Source: Nitrosopumilaceae archaeon
GTDB taxonomy: Archaea > Thermoproteota > Nitrososphaeria > Nitrososphaerales > Nitrosopumilaceae
Assembly: GCA_965200155.1 (NCBI GenBank)
Contig: CBDATR010000010.1
Coordinates: 352,001 to 416,000, forward strand
Direction: 5' to 3'
DNA length: 64,000 bases
The position numbers and the translations under genes are program-made. Shown piece after piece: positions 41,947 through 52,443 of the stretch (positions within the stretch are counted from its first letter, which is position 1; every line of letters starts with the position of its first letter). Under the pieces are notes generated by a model, which worked only from the letters and a program-made list of their open reading frames with translations, was not told where the DNA came from and made no database searches.

Positions 41947-43473
41947 TCAGTTATTACTTTTCTGCCTAACAAATAGTGCCATTATTAACAACGATAGAAC
42001 CATTCCAAAAACTCCCTCATACATGCCTACTGCATAGATTAGTGCTGACCCAAAAAATACCGATGCGGAGAATATTCCACCGCCAACTAAGTTACTCTTG
42101 TTGTGTGTCCGGCTCCTGCCCATAAACTCCCGTATCTCCGGAATCAATGTTACTGCCGCGTCCAGCGAGCCCAACAGGCGTCCGAACTGCCCCTTCATCT
42201 CCTCCACATACCCGTCCCATGCCATATTCTCCTGGTCCAGAATATCCCGCAAGACTGTCACAAAACGAAAGTCCACCTTGTGGGTCTTGTATATACCCTC
42301 TATTATGGAGGCCATTCTCATATAGAGCGCCAAATTTTTGGGTAACAGAAACGGAAAGCGGCTCATAGTGCGGTTTGCTAGCTCCATGAGCCCTCTCACC
42401 TCTACCTCGTCCGGCCTTCTGCCATGCATGGCTTCGATGGTAAGTTGCATGGCCTTCTCCATCACACTTCTGTCATATCCGGGAGCAAGCATGCCTAACT
42501 CGTCCATCGCGTTGATAGTGCGTGATGGGTTCCTGTCCACCAGCGCCAAATACAGCCGTATGAGCCTTATCCTAGTTGTCTGGTCCAACCGGCCTACCAT
42601 CCCAAAGTCGTACAGGATTATCCGCCCTTGCGTGTCCACCGATATGTTGCCTGGGTGTGGATCCGCGTGAAATAGCGAATGGCGCAACAACATGGTAAAG
42701 AAAACACGATGAATATCCACTATGAGCGACTTGCGGTCTATACCCCTCTTGTCCAAGGCTTCTACATCGGTGATTTTGATCCCTGGCATGTACTCCATGA
42801 CCAGAACAGATTCTGTAGAGTACGTCTCATACATTTGTGGAATCCGTACATTCTTGTATTCTTGCATGTTCTTCTTTATGGTCTGTAAGTTGGCCGCTTC
42901 CTTAACATAGTCCATCTCTTCCTGTATGGACTCGATAAATTGCGACAGTATGGCTTTGGCGGAGAATCGCAAGTTGGGGTCTACAAACGTCAATGCCCGA
43001 GGCAGGACCCTGCTTAGTACGGCAATGTCCAAGTCCACTACCTTCTTGATACCGGGCCGCCTGATCTTTATCACTACCTCCTTGCCCGCGAGCCTTGCTC
43101 TGTATACCTGCCCTAGGGAAGCTCCGGATATGGCCTCTGCATCTATGCTCTCAAATATATCATCTATGACACCTAACTCCTTCTCCAATATCGACTTTAC
43201 GTCCTTAAACGGAGCAGCAGGAACATTATCCTGTAGCTTGGCTAGCTCTATCATGTATGGCTGTGGGAGTATGTCTGCCCTGGAGGAAAGCCATTGTCCC
43301 AGTTTTATGTAGACCGGGCCCAGTGACACAAAAGCTCTTAGGGCCCTGTTGGCGTTCTTTGTGTACTTGGCATAGCTCCCCCGGTTATGAGACCACCTCT
43401 TCCTGTCCCGGCGCAGGGCCAAAATTACAGGCAAAAGCCGGACTAATACTTGCGCCGTCCTGATGATGGGCAA
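41947..43473 (-). CDS. ABC1/AarF/UbiB family kinase
   Basis: LGPVYIKLGQWLSSR, ASLGQVY, FHADPHPGN, DFGMVG; TTG start inferred. Confidence 0.92.
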   Translation of the reverse strand: MPIIRTAQVLVRLLPVILALRRDRKRWSHNRGSYAKYTKNANRALRAFVSLGPVYIKLGQWLSSRADILPQPYMIELAKLQDNVPAAPFKDVKSILEKELGVIDDIFESIDAEAISGASLGQVYRARLAGKEVVIKIRRPGIKKVVDLDIAVLSRVLPRALTFVDPNLRFSAKAILSQFIESIQEEMDYVKEAANLQTIKKNMQEYKNVRIPQMYETYSTESVLVMEYMPGIKITDVEALDKRGIDRKSLIVDIHRVFFTMLLRHSLFHADPHPGNISVDTQGRIILYDFGMVGRLDQTTRIRLIRLYLALVDRNPSRTINAMDELGMLAPGYDRSVMEKAMQLTIEAMHGRRPDEVEVRGLMELANRTMSRFPFLLPKNLALYMRMASIIEGIYKTHKVDFRFVTVLRDILDQENMAWDGYVEEMKGQFGRLLGSLDAAVTLIPEIREFMGRSRTHNKSNLVGGGIFSASVFFGSALIYAVGMYEGVFGMVLSLLIMALFVRQKSNN

Positions 43474-43475
43474 GC

Positions 43476-43850
43476 CTATTTCCTCTTTAGCGAACTGGCT
43501 GTATCCATTCCAATCTTGAATAATATTGGCACTAGTATTGCTCCTGCAATTATACCTACTAGCAGAGAGCCGGTTTCTTTCCTTACCGCATTTCCGGCAT
43601 ATATGCCAACTGCGCCGCCTAGAATGCCTCCCAGAAACTCTGGCGCATCGTGTACTATGTGCCCCACCGGATCCTGGCGGGGATCCACTGTATCCTCGTG
43701 CATGGTATAATGATCTTTGTATTCTCGTATGTGCATCCTGCCATGTCTGTACTGCTTCATGGCGCCTTGGAGATGTCCCATCCAAGTCTCCTGCATCTTG
43801 TCTAGTATCGGTTCTCCTGCATCTTTGCGAATTATTATCTCTCTTGCCAT
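43476..43850 (-). CDS. Hypothetical membrane protein
   Basis: HIREY..HEDTVDP..HIVHDAPE + two TM helices. Confidence 0.65.
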   Translation of the reverse strand: MAREIIIRKDAGEPILDKMQETWMGHLQGAMKQYRHGRMHIREYKDHYTMHEDTVDPRQDPVGHIVHDAPEFLGGILGGAVGIYAGNAVRKETGSLLVGIIAGAILVPILFKIGMDTASSLKRK

Positions 43851-43962
43851 ATGTGTATGTAAGTTGAGTGTGGTTATAACATGTTTGTGCCAATATCCTG
43901 GAAAATCAAGAGTGTGAGTTCCCCTGTGCTCCACACAATTGAGTAGAGTGTGAACAATGGCA

Positions 43963-44178
43963 GTGACCCTTTAGGCCAGCCCTAAGATGGTGCCCAGCTC
44001 ACAAATCGTATTGGCGTCGTTGTTCAGTGCGTAAATGTAGAAATAGGCAAGTTCATCTTGTGTGACAATGATGCCCATTCCGGTTTACTGTTAGACGATA
44101 CGTTCAAGCTAGTCGTAAACTTGGAATTTGAGCTACTCAGGTATTGCATAGCTACTTTGGGGGGACTTGAACGGTTAC
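43963..44178. mobile_element. Degenerate family-B-like element
   Basis: GTGACCCTTTAGG...GACTTGAACGGTTAC ends. Confidence 0.45.
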
Positions 44179-44187
44179 CTCATGATA

Positions 44188-44248
44188 GTAACCGTTTAGG
44201 TCGCGTTAAAGATCAACACCTAGACGGTAAATTCATGGGCATATGGCA
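44188..44248. mobile_element. Truncated MITE family B copy
   Basis: GTAACCGTTTAGGTCGCGTTAAAGATCAACACCTA is the reverse complement of 9320-9354. Confidence 0.8.
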
Positions 44249-44470
44249 GTCACCATAAGTCTTGACGGTGATTTTCCATAAAATATCACAACAGGGATGG
44301 CAGACAGGCTGAATCAGCAGATGTAAGTAATGTACTCTACCATACTTTATGGACATGGAATACTTCATGATGAGTTTAGCGGCGTATAATGACTGTGCAT
44401 ATGTATGGGCCTCGCGCACAAAAATCCACCACTTATTCCCTGATCAGAGTGACATGAAATGGTGTACCAA

Positions 44471-45254
44471 CTACTTTGTAGGTAACCTAGTTTGGCCTTT
44501 TGTACTATACCGGCCGATACGGATGTGCTTTCCGCACCGCCTGCATTTTTTGAATCGCCTCTTCTGCCTTGGGTAGCTGGGTTCCCCCTTGCGTACTGAT
44601 TCCATGATTGGCAGTATTAATCCATCAGCTGGTTTTCTGTTCCAGAATTTGTTAAAATCATAATCGAACTTATGGCCATCTTTGAAATCATACACTGCCT
44701 GCTTGTGGTAATTGATATCCGAATATCGTATGGAGTGATCCATCCCCCTCTTGAGTAAGCTCCAGAATTCCTCGACCGGATTCAGGTACGGATGTCCAAC
44801 CGGATACTCTATTATGATTGTGTCCCGATCAGCAAAGAATTCTTTGGCCTTCCTTGAGGTGTATCATGTCCACGAATAGTACCATCTTGCCCACCTTGTT
44901 ATGCATGTGATCCAGGAAATTCTCTGTATCTATGACCGTATAATCATCAAGGAATACCCTGCCGTCATTAATCATGGTACCGGTCATGGAGAACCGGTAT
45001 CGCCCGCCGGTTCATACCATGAGTACGCGTCTGCCTGCAGGGGCCCAGAATCGCGCAGATAATCTCTCGGTCTTGAAATAGGATTCATCCGGTAACAATG
45101 GCATAATCCATCTTTATGTAACGTGCAACCTTTTCTGACATTTCTTGCCTCCATTTTTTTACGTCTTCCATTGAATCACGATTCATGTGGATGGGGGATG
45201 ACTTTTTGTTGGGGCAACCCCACTTTTTGTCGTAACGCTTGAACCTGATTTGCG
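44471..45254 (-). pseudogene. IS630-family transposase remnant
   Basis: Across frames DESYF, VLFVD, HPYLNPVEEFWSLLK (DDE). Confidence 0.82.
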
Positions 45255-45346
45255 GTGTGAGTTCACCTGTGTCTAAATTTACGCATAACTGATCGTGACA
45301 GTTAATGTGATTTGTGCATAAGATTCCAGAAGACGTGAACTCATAC
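45255..45346 (-). mobile_element. MITE family A copy (no TSD) truncating IS630
   Basis: GTGTGAGTTCAC...GTGAACTCATAC. Confidence 0.9.
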
Positions 45347-45476
45347 CATACGTTAGTGCTGGCAGGTGCCATTAACATTGGTTTGTTCATGCTTGACGGA
45401 TTGTGTGTCATAAAATACACCCCAGTTTGAAGCAACATGGGCTGTTACTGTCAATCATGCGTGTAATGTATGAAAA

Positions 45477-46428
45477 TGTAATGTATGAAAAGTCGGTCCG
45501 CTAGTCATTGGCATCCCGCTCCATCTATTTTGCATCATTTACCCTAATTGTCTGGATCGCCTTTTTATTCCTGAAGCGGCGTTTCGCCGTTATCTATCCA
45601 GTGAGAAGTGCAACCTTCTCTCATTGTAGTAGTCCATATAATCCCGGAGACTGTCATGATGTCCTATCTCATCCTCAATCGTTCTGTGTAAGCGCTCCAG
45701 TTTGCCATTTGTCTGCGGGTGGCATGGTCTGGAACTGATTAGTATGATGTATTGATCCAGCAGTTCTTCCTAGAATAGTGGGCTTCCAGTTCTTTTTGCC
45801 CCTTTATTGTCCTACGAAACACGCGCCGTTATCAGATAGTATGGATGCAGGGGCGCCGAATCTCTTTATCGCCAGTCTCAGTAATAGAGTGGCGTTCTCT
45901 GAGGTTACATGCCCAAATAGTGCCGCCCCGACGATGCACCTAGATGCATCATCTATGAGATTCAGTCCCCTGAAGCGCTCATCTTTCATGACATGTCAAT
46001 GCCACATTGCATTGGAATATTTACGCTCATAGCGTACCCACTCTGACTTTGCAGGTGATGATCCTGCCGTACCGTTCTTTTTCATTATGCGATATACTGC
46101 GCGATATGATATATTGTAATTCTGTCTAAGTCTCTTTGCAATACGTACTACTCCGGCGGGATCCTTGTGATATGCTTCCGTTACCATTCGTATCTGGGTG
46201 GCGGTGATTGGTATCATGGGCCCGCCCATCTTTACTCGAGTCGTTCCCGTTTTCTGGTTCACAATATTCGTACGTGTCTTGTTTCAGGTCTTGAGCTATT
46301 TTGGTGGCGGCAACGCCTCTTTTGTCTTGATTCCTCTGTTATTCTCTCTACCATATCATTTCGTGGCTTGTGCAATCTGAACTACTGTACGCCGGATCCT
46401 GATCGGACTTACTTTTCGTACTATTGAA
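45477..46428 (-). mobile_element. IS481-family element, transposase pseudogene
   Basis: IDDASR, ILSDNGACF, HPQTNGKLER; imperfect TIR ...GAAAAGT..GTCCG at both ends. Confidence 0.82.
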
Positions 46429-46481
46429 CCACGCCCATGATACTCAAAGTTAAAATTTGACATGAATTACATCCGCAAGTA

Positions 46482-46838
46482 GTGTCTACTGATAATGCGG
46501 ATGAGAAACCCAAGCCTCGGGAATACACCAAAGAGGAGATTGCAGATATTGCCCGTAAGGTAGAGCTGTTCCAGGACCAGACTCCCGAGTATAATCCCAG
46601 TCATATACTAAGCCCCGAGTACAAGGGTACCTCCAACTATGAGGAGGGTATCCGTCTGGTACGTAAGGAGACCGTTGCACTCTTGGAGTCCCTACAGGAG
46701 AATCCTGATGGTAATGCACAAAGGATACGGCTGGCACAGGAAGATCTCAAGACCCTAGATCACCTGTATGAGAATTATCACATAGGCATGAACGTCTTTC
46801 GTACAGCTACAGGCGGGCGCAGCAAACTCCGCAAGTAG
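46482..46838 (+). CDS. Hypothetical protein
   Basis: 118-aa ORF with plausible composition. Confidence 0.6.
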   Translation: MSTDNADEKPKPREYTKEEIADIARKVELFQDQTPEYNPSHILSPEYKGTSNYEEGIRLVRKETVALLESLQENPDGNAQRIRLAQEDLKTLDHLYENYHIGMNVFRTATGGRSKLRK

Positions 46839-47319
46839 CTTATGAGTAGGGTGATGACTAAAGTTTGGTCATCTCACGGTATGCATTTGTGTATATTTGT
46901 AGTGGCGTACCTGCATTGTGTCCCATATGGCATGAATCGTAAACGTTTATGCCGTTCCGAATTGATTCATGGTACAAAATCCGGTAAGAAATGATCCCAC
47001 GTCAATCCTAACCCTGCCTTGTAAACGAAGCGGCAGGATTTAGTCTCTGTTGGTGTATACCGGAAAATTGCTTGAGCGACCTACATGAACTCACCAATCA
47101 CGTGACAAATATCAACTCCGTACGATTTGTATATAAAATTGGTGAATACATGAGTGAATAGCATTATGTGGTCTTGCCAGTGACATGTTGCGGTACCATA
47201 ATACCACTACCCTGGTATCACATCGTGATTCCAGCGTTCAAAAGCGTACTATCATCTATTTTCTGTCAAGTCCGATTCCTGGTGTTATTTGTCTGACTGC
47301 CTATTTTGCATCTTTAGTG

Positions 47320-47420
47320 GTATGAGTTCACCTGTGTCTAAATTTACGCATAACTGATGGAACAGGTTGTTCTAGTTAATGTGATTTGTGCATAAGATTC
47401 CGGAAGACGTGAACTCATAC
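47320..47420 (-). mobile_element. MITE family A variant B, TSD CTTTAGTG
   Basis: Perfect TIR and 8-bp duplication. Confidence 0.95.
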
Positions 47421-47476
47421 CTTTAGTGACGTAACGACGTCCCTGATATACTGCTTAAACCACTTGACTCTCTCTT

Positions 47477-47577
47477 GTATGAGTTCACCTGTGTCTAAAT
47501 TTACGCACAACTGATGGAACAGGTTGTTCTAGTTAATGTGATTTGTGCATAAGATTCCGGAAGACGTGAACTCATAC
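47477..47577 (-). mobile_element. MITE family A variant B (no TSD), abutting cbiG promoter
   Basis: Near-identical to 47320-47420. Confidence 0.92.
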
Positions 47578-47610
47578 AAGTATTTTATAATCCGCGCGAC
47601 ACTGTTAATC

Positions 47611-48657
47611 ATGAATGTCGCCATACTTGCCATAACAAAAAATGGTGTAAATATTGCCATTGATTTGGCACAAAAATTCACAAACATGACCGTTTTTGCC
47701 CCAAAAAAGCTGGATAATGGCGCACCTCATATTCAGTGGTACAGCGACTCCACCCCTGACATACTGGGCAGGCTATTCTCCCGGTATCCGGGAATTGTTT
47801 GTATATTTTCATTAGGCGCCGTCGTGCGACTTATTGCACCACACTTGAAAAGCAAAAAGGTGGATCCCGCCATACTAGTAATCGATGATAAACTCAATTA
47901 TGTCATTAGTGTATTATCGGGCCACATAGGCGGAGCCAACCAGCTAGCCCGGGATATGGCAAGCCGGACCGGTGCCATACCAGTAATAACTACTGCCGCG
48001 GATGTGAACAATACCATAGCCGTAGATTTGGTGGGGAGAGACTTGGGGTGGCGCATAGAGGATGACTCAACAGTAACCGCTACCAGCGCACACATGGTAA
48101 ATAATGACAAAATAGGTCTATACCAGGATGCCGGTGAGCGAAACTGGTGGCCCGGCTCACTGCCTGGCAACGTCCATGTATATGATAACATTGATACCCT
48201 CCGTCAGTCAAACTGTAGTGCCTTTCTTGTAATAACTGACGGGCTACTACCAGATGATTTAATGAAGAAAAGCGTAGTGTACCGGCCGCCGTCTTTGGTT
48301 GTGGGTGTGGGCCTCCACCATGACACTACGGCGCATACAATTATACGCGGGCTTGAGACATCACTGTACAAGTACAATATGAGCATGTTGTCTGTAGCAA
48401 AACTGGTCTCGGTGAAAAAACCCAAACCCGTCAAGGGACTACAGGAGGCTGGTCAAATCCTGAATGTGCCCGTGGAACTGTTGGATAGGGAGTCCTTGGC
48501 AAAGGTGGCCACGCCAAACCCCTCTGCGGTGGTTGAGCGTTTTGAGGGTACGCCCAGTGTATCCGAAGCTGCTGCCCTCCTAGTATCTGGGGGTGATTTG
48601 ATTATAAAAAAGCAAAAATTCCCTCCGAATCTTACTATTGCGGTGGCCAGTAAATGA
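47611..48657 (+). CDS. cbiG: Cobalt-precorrin-5A hydrolase
   Basis: KSKKVDPAILVID, LSGHIGGAN, VSEAAAL; track ORF runs upstream into the MITE. Confidence 0.92.
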   Translation: MNVAILAITKNGVNIAIDLAQKFTNMTVFAPKKLDNGAPHIQWYSDSTPDILGRLFSRYPGIVCIFSLGAVVRLIAPHLKSKKVDPAILVIDDKLNYVISVLSGHIGGANQLARDMASRTGAIPVITTAADVNNTIAVDLVGRDLGWRIEDDSTVTATSAHMVNNDKIGLYQDAGERNWWPGSLPGNVHVYDNIDTLRQSNCSAFLVITDGLLPDDLMKKSVVYRPPSLVVGVGLHHDTTAHTIIRGLETSLYKYNMSMLSVAKLVSVKKPKPVKGLQEAGQILNVPVELLDRESLAKVATPNPSAVVERFEGTPSVSEAAALLVSGGDLIIKKQKFPPNLTIAVASK

Positions 48658-49406
48658 GGCGCGGATTACTTATCATAGACAGGGGGAGTCGCGAGAAAGA
48701 AGCTCACGATGAAATGCGCGTAATAACTCAGCGGGCCATGTCTGGAGGTCAGTATGACTACGCGGACTATTGCTTTTTGGAAGTTTTGCCCCCCTTCATA
48801 GATGATGCCATGAAAAAATGCCTGACACAAAAACTCGATACACTGACCATTGTGCCCTACTTTCTTTATCCGGGCAAAAAGGTAAAGGTAGCAGTTCGGG
48901 ATGCCATGAAATACCAGGAAAAGACAGAGATAAAATTTCTGGTAACAAGACCCATGAGTATGCATCCAACTATGGTCCAATTGGTGGATAATCGTGTTCA
49001 GGCTGCTCTACTAGAGTATGGTCATACCATTCCGCGTCAAGATACTGACGTACTCATAATTGGACACGGCAGCACTGATATCAATGCCCAAATGTCCATC
49101 AACTACGTGGTAAAGAATCTGCAACAGACGTACCGTCGAGTCTCCCGCTGCTTCTTGGAGATAGAGCAGCCAGACATAAACGCGGGCATCCAGTCATGCC
49201 AGAAAGATAATCCCAAAGTCTTGGCGGTAGTCTTTTACTTTCTACATGAGGGCGCTCATGTTAAGCGGGACATAAATGCGGATTTATTACCTGCACTGGA
49301 AAAATCAACCATCCAAAATGTCTGTATAACAAAACACTTGGGTACAGATGACAAAATGATCAACTTGATACTTGAGCGCGCACGGGAGGTAGAGGGTGCA
49401 GACTAG
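48654..49406 (+). CDS. cbiX: Sirohydrochlorin cobaltochelatase
   Basis: Duplicated CbiX domains, GHGS, GAHVKRDI. Confidence 0.9.
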   Translation: MRRGLLIIDRGSREKEAHDEMRVITQRAMSGGQYDYADYCFLEVLPPFIDDAMKKCLTQKLDTLTIVPYFLYPGKKVKVAVRDAMKYQEKTEIKFLVTRPMSMHPTMVQLVDNRVQAALLEYGHTIPRQDTDVLIIGHGSTDINAQMSINYVVKNLQQTYRRVSRCFLEIEQPDINAGIQSCQKDNPKVLAVVFYFLHEGAHVKRDINADLLPALEKSTIQNVCITKHLGTDDKMINLILERAREVEGAD

Positions 49407-50034
49407 AAAGGGTCAATCCATAGAGGATGCTAGCATGGCCATAATCGATGATGAGATAGGCTCCCATCCATACAGTCAAGAAGAGTGGCCAATTGTGCGC
49501 CGAATAATACATTCGACTGCGGATTTTGACTTTGCCCGGGAGGGTGGTATTTTATTTCATGAATCTGCAATACATAATGGAATGGAATCTCTCAAGAACG
49601 GCTGCAACATAATCTGTGATGTAAATGGTGTCCTGGGTCTGCTCAACAAGCAGAACCTTGCGGAGTTTGGAAATGATGCCTTCTGCCGCATATCTGATCC
49701 CGCGGTGGTAAAGATTGCCCATGAACAGAATATTACCCGTGCCAAGGCATCCATGCGATACAGCGTAAATGAAATGGATAATGCAGTGGCTGTCATTGGT
49801 AACGCGCCCACTGCACTATTGGAGTTAATATCAATGATGCGAGATGACTTAACACATCCGTCCCTTGTGGTTGGCTTGCCTGTGGGGTTCATACAGGCAG
49901 CCGAGTCCAAGGCTGAGCTTGCTGCGCTATCTGGCGCTGCTCCATATGTGACAAATCGCGGTAGGAAGGGCGGTAGCGCCGCGGCCGCCGCAGTAATTAA
50001 TGCACTCTTTAAGATTATACGCTCATCTTCTTGA
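49396..50034 (+). CDS. cbiC: Precorrin-8X methylmutase
   Basis: RRIIHSTADF, IGNAPTAL, PVGF, GRKGGS. Confidence 0.95.
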   Translation: MQTRKGQSIEDASMAIIDDEIGSHPYSQEEWPIVRRIIHSTADFDFAREGGILFHESAIHNGMESLKNGCNIICDVNGVLGLLNKQNLAEFGNDAFCRISDPAVVKIAHEQNITRAKASMRYSVNEMDNAVAVIGNAPTALLELISMMRDDLTHPSLVVGLPVGFIQAAESKAELAALSGAAPYVTNRGRKGGSAAAAAVINALFKIIRSSS

Positions 50035-51369
50035 GTATGAGACACACCGGTGTATCATATTTTGTGCCATACCTTTGCCTAGGTATAGGTGCCCGTATGA
50101 TGCCATGGCTTCGTGTGATATGATGCCGTCCTTTCCGTCTATAATACCAGTACCCATACTCAGTTCTTGTGCAAATCTTGAATCCTCTGACACACCTTCT
50201 AGCGCGGAGTAGTGGAACTCGTGACCCCGGAAGGTCGCATGTGATGTTACCAGCGGTCCCTCGCTCATTATGCCCTGCGTGTATCCTAGGGTTGCCTTAT
50301 TCTTCATGACCGTGGTAACATCAAAGATGCCTGTCATGCGGAACTTCTTGCCATCATGTGTTATGTCCTTGGCCAGGTACATCAGCCCACCACACTCAGC
50401 ATATGTGGGGGCCCCGTCCTGTATGATTTTCTTTATTGCGTGCAACATGGCATCATTATTCTGTAATATGTCTCCCCGCACCTCTGGAAAGCCTCCTCCG
50501 ATATAGAGTCCGTCCACCTCCGGCAAGGATCCTGTCTCGGGACTAAAGAGATGAATCTCCGCTCCTGAATTTCTTAGCCGCTCCAGATTGTCCTTGTAGT
50601 AAAAGTTAAAGCTGCCGTCTAGCGCCACACCAATCCTAGTTTTGGCTTCCATAACTTTGGCTGTCTTGGGCGCCTTGATGGGTTCTGCTGATTTTGCCAG
50701 ATGCAGTATGTGCGCCATATCTAGGTGATCCATTATAAAACTGGCTTGCCTCATTACGTCCTTCTGAACTTCCATATCATGGGTGGCTGGAGCCAGCCCC
50801 AGGTGTCGCGACTTGAGTGCAATGTCTGGATTGCGCGGTATGACCCCTACTACCGGTACTCCCAGGGGAGCAATGGCTTTCACACACATCTCCTTGTGTC
50901 TACTGCTTCCTATATTGTTCAGAATTATGGCACTAATCCCGGACTTGGCAGAGAATCTAATAAAACCCAGAATGGTGGCAGCAACCGAGCGAGCCGCTCC
51001 CCGTGCATCGACAACAAGTATTACGGGGGAGCCAGTTATCTGCGCTATATGGTGAGTACTGGCCAAATTCCGGTTCCCCTCCAAGCCGTCATAGTATCCC
51101 ATAACGCCCTCGATGACTGATATGTCACGATTCGCATTACGGGAAAAGCTCTTGGCAACCCCACTCCTTCCCATTATCCACGCATCTAGGTTGTGTGCCT
51201 CTATACCCGCGGCGGCAGCTAGGTGCCCGGGATCTATATAGTCCGGTCCTGCCTTGAATGGCTGCACCGAGTATCCCATTGTAACAAGACCTCGTATTAT
51301 ACCACAGGTTACGCTGGTCTTTCCAACTCCGCTGCCGGTTCCAGCTATGACAAGTCTGTGGGCCTTCAA
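50023..51369 (-). CDS. cbiA: Cobyrinate a,c-diamide synthase
   Basis: SGVGKT, FKAGPDYID, AECGGLMYL, GHEFHYS. Confidence 0.95.
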   Translation of the reverse strand: MKAHRLVIAGTGSGVGKTSVTCGIIRGLVTMGYSVQPFKAGPDYIDPGHLAAAAGIEAHNLDAWIMGRSGVAKSFSRNANRDISVIEGVMGYYDGLEGNRNLASTHHIAQITGSPVILVVDARGAARSVAATILGFIRFSAKSGISAIILNNIGSSRHKEMCVKAIAPLGVPVVGVIPRNPDIALKSRHLGLAPATHDMEVQKDVMRQASFIMDHLDMAHILHLAKSAEPIKAPKTAKVMEAKTRIGVALDGSFNFYYKDNLERLRNSGAEIHLFSPETGSLPEVDGLYIGGGFPEVRGDILQNNDAMLHAIKKIIQDGAPTYAECGGLMYLAKDITHDGKKFRMTGIFDVTTVMKNKATLGYTQGIMSEGPLVTSHATFRGHEFHYSALEGVSEDSRFAQELSMGTGIIDGKDGIISHEAMASYGHLYLGKGMAQNMIHRCVSYSRR

Positions 51370-52406
51370 TCTGTCCTCTTTTTGATAAAATTGATGGGGC
51401 GTACAGGTGTGGGATCAACCTGATTCAGGACTGCAAGATAAATCGAGGTGTAGTCCAATGTGTATATGAGCCCAACCAACTTTGATATTATGTGCCCTTT
51501 TTGGGCGCGTACTATTCTATATTGTATGGAGTTCTCATCAAAGTATTCTGAGAAAATGTCCCACCTCTCCTTGGTCTTGGGGTTGTCATCGGGCCCACTT
51601 ATCATGATGGGACACACGGGCGCAGTTCTCTCCCATGCCACCAATCCGTTGTGACTGGCTTCCAGGACATCTTCGGTCATGGCGTGATTTTTGGCGTTCT
51701 CCTGCAGCGAGTTCTTGAACCGGGTGGCTGCTGCCTTGAATCCCCATGGATAATAGATTATTGGTATGCCCCGTATCCACTGTGCCAACTCCAAGGCTGG
51801 GTTACTATGCGTCATGTTCTGTGATCCTATCTGTGCATGAATTCGTACAATTTCCGCTATGGAATGGCGTACCTGAGTACGAGATACTATATCCTGACCC
51901 AATACCCCCAGCATGGTATACAGGAATGATACAAAGGATGCCCTCGGCGAGTGGATGAAACTTGCAACATGGCATGGAATGTTATTTCTGTCACAGTATT
52001 TAGATAGTTTCCCTCCAGAAGTGAATGCCACTTTATGGCACGGGGTCTCAGATGCCTTCCCCATGACACTCAGTGTCTCCGCGGTATCTCCGGATACACT
52101 ACTACACACAAGAAGCGTGTTGGCGTCGACAGTCTTGGGCAGGTTATATCCCTTGATCAGGCTTACGTGCTTGTCCGTACCTGATAGCAGGGCGGCAAAA
52201 AAGTCTCCCAAGGCTCCGGATCCACCCATGCCCACAAATACAATGTGGTTTATGTCCTCAATATCCATGGTTGTGGTGTTCCTCTCATAGGATTCCGCGG
52301 CAATCTTGGGCCATTGGTCGTATGCATGATGCATATGGGCTCTATCATACTTGGCAAGCATCTCGTAGTATGGCATCTCCTTGGATCCCAACGATGTGCA
52401 TACCAT
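51366..52406 (-). CDS. Bifunctional phosphoglucose/phosphomannose isomerase (SIS)
   Basis: GMGGSG, SVSGDTAET, ENAK, EASHN. Confidence 0.88.
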   Translation of the reverse strand: MVCTSLGSKEMPYYEMLAKYDRAHMHHAYDQWPKIAAESYERNTTTMDIEDINHIVFVGMGGSGALGDFFAALLSGTDKHVSLIKGYNLPKTVDANTLLVCSSVSGDTAETLSVMGKASETPCHKVAFTSGGKLSKYCDRNNIPCHVASFIHSPRASFVSFLYTMLGVLGQDIVSRTQVRHSIAEIVRIHAQIGSQNMTHSNPALELAQWIRGIPIIYYPWGFKAAATRFKNSLQENAKNHAMTEDVLEASHNGLVAWERTAPVCPIMISGPDDNPKTKERWDIFSEYFDENSIQYRIVRAQKGHIISKLVGLIYTLDYTSIYLAVLNQVDPTPVRPINFIKKRTD

Positions 52407-52443
52407 ATACCCTGTTTAAATATGGACCGGGAGTCCTTCAAGC

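Noticed and set aside
45085-45438. ORFs containing YEFTSSGILCTNHINC (also 58825-59046)
   Set aside because: Translation of the MITE joined to IS fragments; MITE+TSD lengths (100, 107, 109 bp) are not multiples of 3.
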